NCBI GenBank assembly: GCA_964016885.1
Contig: OZ024740.1
Span: forward strand, 80,352,001-80,416,000
Direction: 5' to 3'
DNA from: Eledone cirrhosa
Taxonomy: Eukaryota
Length of the DNA: 64,000 bases
This document shows, one piece after another, positions 12,430 to 23,800 of this stretch. Positions within the stretch are counted from its first letter, which is position 1. Each line of letters starts with the position of its first letter. Under the pieces are notes generated by a model, which ran no database searches, was not told the origin of the DNA, and saw only the letters and a list, made by a program, of their open reading frames with translations. A program made the position numbers and the translations under genes.

Positions 12430-13401
12430 TACATATATTGAAGTACGTTATAGATGTGGAAAAAGCAGATAGGTAAGAGGTACTTACATAACCATAGTGT
12501 CGTGAAGTAGGCCCTTGGCAAATAGTATTTCGTAGCTCTCTGAAATACAAAGGTCACAACAATTGTGTCCTCCTTTGTATGAGCGCGCTTTCTGGAGAAT
12601 TTTCTATTTGAGCGTGAAAAGGGTGGAATTCCTCTTGAGGTCCCAGACATAGGAGACGAGTGTTGTCTGGTTGGATTTGTCCGGTCTTTTGAAAGAGTGG
12701 GTATGGGCATACCACCGCGTCTTAAAATTGTTGGAAGTCATACCGTTATAAATCGTTTTGTTGTTGTCACCAGTGCCTGAAATGACATCACATTTATATA
12801 CGATGTCATTTGTCAGGCATTTGTTTTTAAGTGGGCAGGCTTCCTTATTTTGGCAGTTGCACAAAGCTCCCGTCCGGGGATTGGGTTCGGAGCTAGTAGG
12901 CTTATTTAATTTTGTACTGTGAGATTGGCTATATTCTTAGCTAGGTTATGTGTAGTAGAGTAGGAGAGTCTTATTTTGTTCTTATTAAAGATAGTGTAGT
13001 ACCTATGTTGTGTGGGGAAGTGTATATTCAGCAATTTGAATAAAGTCCTAGTTATAGGTGTAGAAACCTCTCTATTAAAGAGGGGGGGGTGTACCAACTA
13101 ATCTGCCTATGCCAATTTCTCCTAGGTAGTCTTGGGGTGGTTTCTGGATAAGTAATCTTTTCTTTAAATCCGCTGCGGGCGAGGGCGTCGTTGTAGTAAG
13201 AAGCAGAGGCGCTAAACATATCTTCATTGGCCGAGAGACCGGAGATTCTGTGTGAGACGCTTTTAACTAAGTTATCTGTGATGTTTTTGGGGTGGGTCGA
13301 ACTAACATTTATATATCTGAGGGAGTTGTTGGGTTTGTGGTGCGGGCATTAAAGGAAAGTATCTAAGTCGAGAGTGACATCTAAAAAGTTTGCCCTAGTC
13401 A
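12430..13401 (-). pseudogene. Penelope-like RT C-terminus + GIY-YIG fragment
   Basis: ORFs 12906-13097 (HFP..HRYY.IFNKN.IRLSYS) and 12604-12864 (CNC..CPL..IVYKC..IYNGMT..FKTRW); NFLDVTLDL at ~13365-13390. Confidence 0.9.
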
Positions 13402-13575
13402 TTTTTAAAGAATTCCCTTTTCTTTAAACCCACCAACTAATGACCTCCACCCATCCCAATCACCACCCTCTCCTACAATCAGAAAAGATATAAATACCAT
13501 CATATTACTTGGACAGTCAGCTTCCTGATGATTTCTCACGAATGAAACAGTTCTTGTCCTGTAGTAGCTTTTATA

Positions 13576-13580
<5 letters not shown>
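13402..13580 (+). repeat. pLTR fragment, inverted relative to the adjacent PLE; homolog of 57661-57840
   Basis: tttttaaagaattcccttttctttaaaccc... aligns along ~175 bp. Confidence 0.85.
13519..13569 (+). ncRNA. Type I hammerhead ribozyme
   Basis: agcttc-CTGATGA-tttc tcac gaat-GAAA-cag ttcttgtc ctg-TA-gtagct. Confidence 0.82.
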
Positions 13581-13672
<92 letters not shown>

Positions 13673-14313
13673 CACATATATATGTATAAATAAATATATG
13701 CATACATATATACATGCATATATAGATGATATTTTGTGATAATGTTTTAATACAAGCCACAAATATAAATATATTCACAGAAAATAACTAACTGGTAATG
13801 AAATTTAGATAGAACTGTTGTTACCTCACATCTTTCGGCAACGTTTAAGTGAAAAATTCTATAAAGATGAAGCTGAATCTAACATATCTATTTATACACA
13901 TGCATAAAGAAATGCCAATTGCACGAAACAAAAATATCATTATATATGTTGACAAATCCTTGTTATATTTTATGAATCCAAACCATCAATTCTCTCAAGG
14001 AAGATTTTCACTTCTTTTATTTCTCATCTTATTTGTTTGAGGTCACTTTTTTCGTATGTGTTTTGTATTTAGTTTGCTTAATTATATGGTTAAATTCTGA
14101 TTTGAAAACAAATCCGACAATCTGGTAAACGATTCAATCTGACCCATGTCTAACTAAATGTATTATTTAGCATCAAACCCTATACAAAAAATGAAACCAT
14201 AGTATTATAAGTTTACATTGTTTATTTCGAGAAGATTCAAATTAACATATGAATATGTATGTTCTTCTGGTTTCATTATTTTATAACTTTTGTAACTTAT
14301 AACGGTGAATTGA

Positions 14314-14492
14314 CAGTGTCGGTAGAGGGTAGGATACCATGCTTTCCAGCATAGAGTTACGGCCCTTGCCATTCTGAGATCAAATCCCGCCGAGGTTAAC
14401 TTGCCTTTCATCCTTACGGGGTCGATAAAATAAAGTACCAGTAATGTACTGGGTATTTGCTGGCCTTGTGCCAAAAAGTAGAAAGAATTATT
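14314..14492 (+). mobile_element. SINE
   Basis: SINE consensus; flanking duplication attattttataactttt. Confidence 0.88.
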
Positions 14493-14509
14493 TTATAACT
14501 TTTTACCAC

Positions 14510-14548
<39 letters not shown>

Positions 14549-14830
14549 TGAGAGAGAGAGAGAGAGTTGGTTTTTAATATAGAAACAAAACTCTTTTATT
14601 AGAATTTAACATCAACCAGGTAAATATGTATGTATGTCTGCACGCGTACGTGAGTGTGTGCATGTGTGCGTGTGTGTATGTGTGTGCAGGTATGGGTGTT
14701 ATTGAGTGCGGATCTTTATGATTTGAATTATATGAGTACATGTGCATGTTTTGTATCTATACATATGTATATACAGGTATTACATGATAAGTATGTATGT
14801 ATATATATATGTATGCATGTTCTTGTTTCA

Positions 14831-15020
14831 GGTGGATCGGCAGTATCGGTAGAGGGTCGGACGCCATGCTTTGCAGCAAAGAATTACGGCCCTTTATGGT
14901 CTGAGTTCAAATCACTCCGAGGTTAACTTTACCTTTCACCCTTACGGGGTCGATAAAATAAAATACCAGTAATGCACTGGGATAATTACGGGCCTTGTGC
15001 CAAAAGTAGAAATAATTATT
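14831..15020 (+). mobile_element. SINE
   Basis: SINE consensus. Confidence 0.88.
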
Positions 15021-16729
15021 TTATAAATTCTTACCAATGGAAAACCGGTTTCTAATATAGAAAAAGTACACTTTCATTGGAGTTTAGACAACATCAATTT
15101 GGTAGATACGTTTGGATGTCTCTATGTGTATGTGTGTGAGAGTGCAGATATGGTTTTTTATACCCAGTTTTTCAAGATTTGTACGGAGGCAGTAATATAT
15201 CCCAGAGCTCCAATTACACATATACAAATCTAAAGACATAGTCAGGGTGGAGTATCTGCAGATTCCTCATTAGTTCAGCATAAATGTTCCCCTTCTCTTA
15301 AGAATTATTTTGACATCTGCTGAATAGCTGATTTCCACTAGTAGGCGTGCCTTCTTTTCTCTGTCCATATCAATATGTCTGATCGTTTATGGTTGAATTT
15401 ATTGGGGTTTTGACTCGAATATGCCACCAGTACTCTTTCATATTATTTGTGCATACACGCTCCACATCACTGTAACTTTTTATATTTTTATTCTCAGGAT
15501 TATTCTATCTACGGATTGCATTGTATAGTTTTGGCCACTACATTATGGCTCATAGGTTGATAGTATCGTGAAGAAATATTTGAATAGCTGTTAATGTGGG
15601 AGACAACCTTGATGTTTATTGCATCTTTTGTCACATGTAGGTGTTTTGCCTATATTCCTATCTCTTTTCTGAATCAAGTATTTCCTCGTTATCTCCTGTC
15701 TTGGGGTTGCAAAAGCACATCCTTCAAAGTGGGAGCCAATATAGCGGCTGTTGATGCAAGATAAACTACTTAGCGCATTCATATTACTCAAAATTTGAAG
15801 CTTTCTGGCAATATAGCCATACATCATTTTTTGTTGTTAAGCATGCATCTTTTCATCCTTGGGTTCGTTGCAGTATTCTGAGCAATTTCCCCGAGTGTGA
15901 GATTTTGGTTATCATGCAGGAAGTATGTATGTATGTATGTTCTTCTGGTTTTATAATTTCACAAAGTTTTACCAATAGAGAGAGAGTCGCTTTCTAACAT
16001 AGACACATGATCTCTCATTGGAATTTACACAATATCAACTAGGTAGATATGTATGCATGCATGTGTAGATATGGATGTTATTGTATGTGTGGATGTGTAT
16101 GTTTTGAGTTGCATGTGTGCATGTGTATATGCTTTGTATCTGTACATGTGTATATGCAGTTATTAGATGCAACATTTTTGGAATGTTTTACATATTTTTA
16201 CTGTTCCATTAATGGATTGTACTTTTAATTTCCTAACTAGTTATGTTCTTTCTGTTCCTGTGAAGCCTAGCTTCTCAAGATTTGTATTGAGGCAATTACT
16301 AACATATCCCAGTGCCCCAATAATCACAGGCATAAATCTGAAGGTGTAATCAGGGTGGAGTATCTGCAGATTTCTCATCAGTTCTGCATAAATATTCTCC
16401 TTTTCACTAATCTTTGATATTATATTGGCATCTGCTGGGCAGCTAATTTCCACTATTGTGCATGTTTTCTTCTCCCTGTCCCATATCATAATATCTGGTC
16501 TGTTATGCCTGCATTTTATTGGGATTTTTGCTGGAACATTCCACCAGTACTCGTTCATATTATGTACATGGATGTCTTCCACATTGTTGTAGCTTTTAAT
16601 GTATTTATTATCGGGGCTATCTTTTTTACGAACTGCAGTGTACAGTGTTTAGGCCACTACATCATGCCTCATAGGTAGATAGTACCGCGATGACATGTAT
16701 GTATGTATGTATGTATGTATGTATGTATG

Positions 16730-16760
<31 letters not shown>

Positions 16761-16980
16761 GTATGTATGCATGTATGTGCGAGCGCGTGTGCGAGTGTGT
16801 GTGTTTGTGTTAATTTGAAAATATTTGAATATATATATATATAAAATTAATTTATGAATTCATTTGATAATTCCGATTGCTTTGTTTATGAATCGTCGTT
16901 TTCCTGTTAAATTCAGGAAAATATTATTGATTTCATAGAGTGACCAGAGAGATGGCCGGAAACGGAAGTAATTCGATTTG

Positions 16981-17160
16981 TGGCAGTATCAGTAGAGGGT
17001 CGGACGCCATGCTTTCCAGCATAGTTACGTCCCTTTACGGTCTGAGTTCAAATACCGTCGAGATTAACTTTGCCTTTCATCCTTACGGGGTCGATAAAAT
17101 AAAGTACCAGTAATGTACTGGGTAATTGCTGGCCTTGTGCCAAAAAGTAGAAACAATTAT
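16981..17160 (+). mobile_element. SINE
   Basis: SINE consensus. Confidence 0.88.
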
Positions 17161-19138
17161 TACAGAACAGTGCGATATACTTTGATATCACACGTACAAA
17201 CGCACATACACATATATTCCTATATCTTTTACATACATACAAACATAAATACAAACATACATACATACGTACATTCATTTATATATCTATATCTATACTA
17301 ATACCTAATTTTTGCTGGACCGGCAACCACTCTGTTTAATCAGCTCTTAAATATTACTGGAATTCTATAAGAACCCAGCTTCTATAACTCTTGGCAGAAG
17401 CGAAAGAGTGAGTAGTCTTACTAAACGCTAACGAGTGAGAAACAGGACTGTCGATCACTCTTCTTTGCTTTTGCAGAGAATAAGTAAGTGACATAGTCAC
17501 TACTTTACAACTCATAGCGAATGGTCTTCAAAATGTTTTTAATTAAACATACAGTGTATTGCCAAATATACTATACATGAATTCATGTATACATCGCTGT
17601 TTCAGAGCACTAATACTAATATATATATATATATATATGTTAAAGGTAAACAGAAATAACAACACAGTCGGTACAGTATATGGAATGATATATATATACT
17701 TTTTATAGGGTGTTGTGCAATTCACTCCATTCAGTAATGCCAATAGAATAGAGCCCTTGACGACATGTACTAATCCAAGTTCAATTTGGTAGTCCAAGGC
17801 GGAATATACACACAGTGCAGTAAATATTAGCAAACATAAAGTTGTGCATAAATTTATTCACCTATTATACATATTTCTCTGAGGTCAACGATTAGGTGGT
17901 GTGATTTCATCGTAACCGTTGGCTCGAGTTTATCAGATAGCATTCAGAGATAGAAACAAGCAATTTCTAAAGTTTATCGATACGATGGACCGGCATATAG
18001 CCTGTTGCTATTAAGATTAAGCTGGTCGACACCCGTATGATTTCTACCCCTCACCAACACCATGGCGGCGTTTTGGGGAGGATGGCGGAGTGAAGTAGTC
18101 ACTCAACCTCACGACGCCCGCTTGGGTTCATTTATTTATCAAGTCATAAACACGAAGACAAAGTTTGAAAATCCTTTACTTCCCTCCTTCCTCAATAAAT
18201 GGTTATGGTAGTTGTAGATACTTCACCCATAATTGCTAGGTGTCGATAAAATGGTCGAGGGAAGAAATAACGGTAAAACAGAGTCTGAAGACAGAACATA
18301 AATTAAATTAAAAATATATAATTGAATTAATTTAGAGTTTAACACATAGAATTTAGTAAATATAGAGCTTAACAGGATGAAAAGGGGGCCATACGAATGC
18401 TCAGAAGTCCTGCCTCCGCTTACATCAGGCTTATATTGTAATGCAGCTATATGGGGTAGGTTTCTATAGCCAAACTAACCGAGGAGATTCAAGCTCTCAC
18501 TGAGCGAAATGTCCAAGGTGAAGTTTGGATTGTCAAAATATCTCCCACAACTTGTTGCAAACAACAACAAAACAATTTGATGTGATTATGTGTATCTTGT
18601 CATAAGTCCAATGAACATAACAACTAGGGTAGGATGCACACCTGTATACATATACAAACCTGTCGGTGGATAAATGTCTCCGTACACATCCCAAGTGTTA
18701 TTATCTCTAACCGATAAAATACCAACAGTAAGAGATAAAATCTATTCGTGGACGTTAATAGGATAGATTAACTTAAAGTAAATTAAATTAAGGTCAAAAA
18801 TGTAATATCAGTAGACGAAAACAGAATAAAATAGAATAAAATAAAATAAAATAAAAATATAAAATAACAGAATAAAATAACATAAAATAGATTTGGATGA
18901 TATAAAAAGTAAATAAAAATGTACATACGATAAATTAAATTAAGATAAAATACAAGAAAATATGAAAAAGTAACTAAATAATATTTAAAGAAGTGCATAA
19001 GAGATGTATGAAATACGGAAATAATGAGAGAGGGTTAAGGCAAATAGTGAGGTGAAAATGTAGGATGAAAATAAAGAAGGATAAAGAGCAAGTGATATAA
19101 GTAAGGTATACAATATGTAACAGAAAAACCAATCAAAT

Positions 19139-19250
19139 AATTGTTTCTACATTTGGCACAAGGCCACCAATTATTCCAGTGCATTACTGGTACTTTATTT
19201 TATCTGCCTCGTAAGGATGAAAGGCAAAATTAACCTCGGCGGGATATGAA
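19139..19250 (-). mobile_element. Partial SINE
   Basis: Reverse complement of the SINE 3' half. Confidence 0.85.
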
Positions 19251-19254
19251 TTGT

Positions 19255-19322
19255 TGCAAATCAGGCCGATATGCAAATCAGGCTAATATGAAAATCAGGC
19301 TAATATGCAAATCAAGCCGATC
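19255..19322 (+). repeat. 17-bp tandem repeat x4
   Basis: tgcaaatcaggccgata / tgcaaatcaggctaata / tgaaaatcaggctaata / tgcaaatcaagccgatc. Confidence 0.85.
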
Positions 19323-19389
19323 AGTCACTGTATATTTTAGAAAATATCATATATTTTCACTAGCTCTGAGAGTTGACAGGTGAACAGTG

Positions 19390-19437
19390 AATTGTACTGA
19401 TGAAGGGTAATACCCAGAAACATTGGTGTATGCAGTT
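19390..19437 (+). ncRNA. Minimal type I hammerhead ribozyme (orphan)
   Basis: aattgta-CTGATGA-a gggt aat accc a-GAAA-cattggtg-TA-tgcagtt; 7-bp stem I, extendable with aacag/ctgtt. Confidence 0.8.
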
Positions 19438-19548
19438 CTGTTTACATGCCAACACAAGAACAAGAATGAGGGGCTCATTCTACTGACATGGCTTTAAAAA
19501 AGAGGCTGTTTGCATCATTGCAAACAAATCGAATATTATTATTAATAG

Positions 19549-19740
19549 AGGGCGGTGGATTGGCAGTATCGGTAGAGGGTCGGATGCCATGCTTTCCAGC
19601 ATAGTTACGTCCCTTTACCATCTGAGTTCAAATCCCGCCGAGGTTGACTTTGCCTTTCATCCTTACGGGGTCGATAAAATAAAGTACCAGTAATGCACTG
19701 GGTAATTGCTGGCCTTGTGCCTAAAGTAGAAACAATTATT
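19549..19740 (+). mobile_element. Full-length SINE
   Basis: ggcggtggattggcagtatcggtagag (A-box-like) ... gagttcaaatcc (B-box-like) ... core ... gtagaaacaatta. Confidence 0.92.
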
Positions 19741-19765
19741 AATATTCGAAAAACTCAGATTACAG

Positions 19766-19808
<43 letters not shown>

Positions 19809-20037
19809 TATATATCGAAGCTTTCGGCTACGTATGTGCAGTGAAAAAGAAGAGAATTACACTTCCTTTCGTCTGTCTATATATATCAACCTATGCCAGA
19901 ATAGAAAAGTCAACGTAAAGTACGTAAATTGCGATTTATAATCACTTATACCCAAATGCCCAAATGAACACACACACACACACACACTCACATATATAAA
20001 CACATATAGTGTACACACACATATATATAAACACCAT

Positions 20038-20071
<34 letters not shown>

Positions 20072-20324
20072 TTATACACGTACGCACACATCTATATGTA
20101 TGCATGCAAAACCACACACACACATATATACATACCTATGTATCCGGTGTCTGATCTGATGAACATATTGATCTCAGTGACGGAAGTGATTGCAATCGAT
20201 TAATAATACGATCTGGTGATTTGTGAAACACTTGATTACGAGTAAATATTTTAAATTGAAATTTTGATCACTCATTCTTAATATATGTGATCTGCATATT
20301 GTACCAATAATGGTCTCTGATTTA

Positions 20325-20636
20325 GGATTTAGGCGAAGACCAACCATATTTGTAGGGGGGGGGGGAGTCGATTAAATCAAACCAGTGCATTACTGGTATT
20401 TTATTTTGTCGATGACCCTGTAATGATGGAAGGCAAAGCCATCCTTGGCGGGATTTGAACTCAGAACGCAAAGAAATGTAATTACATGCCACAAAGCATA
20501 TTGTCCGATGCTCTAACGACTCTATCAGTCCGCCACCCTTGTATGTATGCATACAAGGGTGGCGGACTGATAGAGTTGTTAGAGCATCGGACAATATGCT
20601 TTGTGGCATGTAATTACATTTCTTTGCGTTCTGAGT
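20325..20636 (-). mobile_element. Related SINE subfamily whose 5' head is duplicated in inverted orientation (palindrome 20459-20636)
   Basis: ~87-bp arms with 1 mismatch, centred on gtatgtatgcatac. Confidence 0.85.
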
Positions 20637-20770
20637 ATGCATACATGTACGTATGCTTGCATGTACGTATGTATGTATGCATGCATGCATACATACGCAC
20701 ATGCATGCATACATATATCATAATATATACATATATACATGCCTACATAAATTCATACATACATATACAC

Positions 20771-20801
<31 letters not shown>

Positions 20802-20849
20802 CATACATACATACATACATACATACATACATACATACATACATACATG

Positions 20850-23800
20850 CATAAGTGTTTGAACTGTAAGTGTGTTGTAAAACACCTATTTATATGAACG
20901 ATACATACACTTATGATATATGAACGATACATATACTTTAACATATAAATGCAACGTTGTTATATTACATTTATAAAGAAATATAAAAGTAACGTTTTCG
21001 ATTCAGAAACAAAAATATAAGTGTTTGAACTGTGAATATGTTGTGAATATGTTGTAGAACACCTATTTATATGAATGATACATAAACTTTAACATATAAA
21101 TACAGCGTTGTTATATTATATTACATTCGTAAAGGAATATACTAAGTAACGGTTCTTTTTGTTCTCGATTCAAACGATTCAAGAACAACGTTTAAAACAC
21201 AGTTGTAGAATTAAAAACTAACTGAAAAGAAATATTACCCAAGCTGTGAATAACTTTAAATTTGATTCTGACAGAACTTTGTCGTAACTTTTAAAGAAGA
21301 TCATCGACTATTTAAAAAAAAATAAATACAAAATATTAGTGAATAGACGAACTCATCATGGCAAAAAGTACAAGTCTCCTTCGACCAAATCGCAATTACA
21401 ACCGTTGTATACAGTGGAGCTACGAGCTTAACAAAGAATTATGTGAAGCATACAAACAATCTAAACCCCAAAAGTTCGGTTTTATGCAAAGGCTAAAAAC
21501 TTTATGGAACTCCAAACACCCAGAATTAGACTTTTCTCCAAAGCATCTAAATGAACAGGCAAAACGTATCATTAGATGTAAATTGATACATCTAACGGAA
21601 TCGAGTGATACTACAAATACAGCCCTTGTAGACAACCACCCCACCTCCACTGACAGACAAAGAGAATGGCCAGCTAAATCTAACAGTGAACAGCTCACCA
21701 ACAATTTTGCTGAAATCCATCCCACTTCCACTGAAGAACAGCGAGAAAGGTCAGCTGACTCTAGTAGTAATTGTCACCACATCAACAACGAGGCTGCAAT
21801 TCATGACTCTACTGAACAAACAGGGCACCGAAAACTTGTGGGCACCCTACAAGTGATATGGAACGATATTTTTCAAGAGATACACAGCCTTAATGTGAGT
21901 GACAGACCATACAACACTAGAGTCAGTAAAGAACCCACTAAATTGGAATTGGAAGCGGTGAACGAAATAGCTGGCAATTATCTGAAGGCTATACGATCTA
22001 AAGGTGTAGAAACGACATTTGAAACGCTCAATGTTTTGTTATATGTTTCAGCTGTCACATTGCTATCATATAACACACATCTAAAACCACGCAATCAAGA
22101 TACAAACAGAAAGCCTGAACCAGCGTGGATGCGAAATTTAAAAACCAAAATTTTGTCCCTGAGACGAAGTATCTCACACATCGCAGTCGTTATGAAATGC
22201 AACATAGAGAGAAACTTCACACGACACCAGGAAGACCTAAAGAAAAAGTTAGAGAGACGATTTGGAGATACCAAATTTAAAACTTTGAACTCCAAATTAC
22301 ACCAGTTGAAACAACAACTCACAGCTACAACAGAAAGACTAAAATATAAGTCAACAGCCCATAAACGACAAGTGCTAAATAGATTGTTTGCCAGAGATCC
22401 TAAATCAGTTTATCGCAGCTTCGGTGGCAAAAGCTCAATCCCTGTAAACGACACCCCTTCAAAAGAACAGGTTGAGAACTACTGGAGATCTGTATGGGAA
22501 ACGGATGACGGATTCAACAGACAAGCTAATTGGCTAAAACAACTGGAACAGGACTACTGCCAACATGTCCAGACAAAACAATATGACATAGATGGGTCAA
22601 TACTGGAAACAGCTCTACAGAAAATGTCGAATAGGAAATCGCCAGGCCCAGACCTCATTACAGGATACTGGTTGAAGAATTTCACTTTCTATCGGCAAGA
22701 TCTCATACGGCTGTTTACAGAAACCATTAAGGGCACACAAGAACTGCCCAGATGGTTATCAACTGCCACTACTCTCCTCATTCCCCAAAATAGCCAAACC
22801 ACCCTTGCTAAAAATTACCGCCCAATTGCCTGCCAAAACATCATGTATAAATTATATACTGGGTGCCTTAACCTGTTCTTACAGGATCACTGTGCTACCA
22901 ACAACATCATAACACCTGAGCAAGCTGGTGGAAAGAGGGAGGTGTGGGGTTGCATAGATCACCTACTAACTAACAAAATGATTCAGGAAAAAACAACAAA
23001 GAATCGCAGAAACATGACTGTCGTGTGGCTGGACTATCAAAAAGCATTTGATAGTGTACCTCATGGGTGGATTATTAAGGCTTTACAGTTAGCTAAAGTC
23101 CCACAACCATTAGTAGCTGCTGTTGAACGCCTGACCAAGAACTGGTACACCAATTTGATCCTTAGAGGTGAGAAGGAGCAGGTTAAGACTGATAGGATAC
23201 ATTACCAGAAGGGCATCTTTCAGGGTGATAGCTTGTCAGTACTACTCTTCGTTCTCTCACTGAATCCACTATCTTACCTACTCAGGAAACAAGGTGGACA
23301 AAGAAGTGGGCCCAGAAGTATCTCCCATCTTTTCTTTGTTGATGACCTGAAGTTGTATGGGCCAAATATCAATGACATCAAGAAACAATTGGACCTCATT
23401 ACACAATTTTCAACCGACATCAAAATGAAATTTGGTGAGTCCAAGTGTGCATATTTGGCAGTAAAACGTGGAAGAGCTGTGCCCTCCTCTAGAAATCTAG
23501 ATATGAACGGCCTGACAATACAACCTCTGCAGTCAGGTGACAACTACAGATATCTTGGACAGGATGAGAATGTCAGATATGATGGACCCATAAATAAGGA
23601 GAGAACCAGAACTGAATACCTCAGAAGAGTAAAAAAAATATGGTCATCAGAACTGTCAGCATACAACAAATACATTGCCCACAATACCTATGCTGTGCCA
23701 ATTCTAACGCCAACATTTGGCCTACTGAACTGGTCATTGCAAGAACTAAGTGAGATGGATGTTAGAACTCGAAAACTTCTCAGTGTTACTGGGAACTTTA

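Larger units (their letters stand above)
14258..16695 (-). mobile_element. Head-to-tail array of three 5'-truncated R4/Dong 3' ends separated by (TATG)n
   Basis: 3' terminus gtatgt|tcttctggttt at ~14260, ~14820 and ~15940; RLE ORFs 15591-15827 and 16241-16582 (HNRPDI..VEISCP..PVIIGALG). Confidence 0.82.

Noticed and set aside
19255-19322. CRISPR-like array
   Set aside because: Contiguous tandem without spacers, in a eukaryotic context
19549-19640. tRNA gene
   Set aside because: A/B-box-like motifs belong to the SINE head; no cloverleaf seen
20157-20250. CTGATGA...GAAA candidate
   Set aside because: Stem II plausible but stems I and III poor; isolated CTGATGA at 3000, 33018, 33374(-) and 44633(-) also lack the rest of the fold
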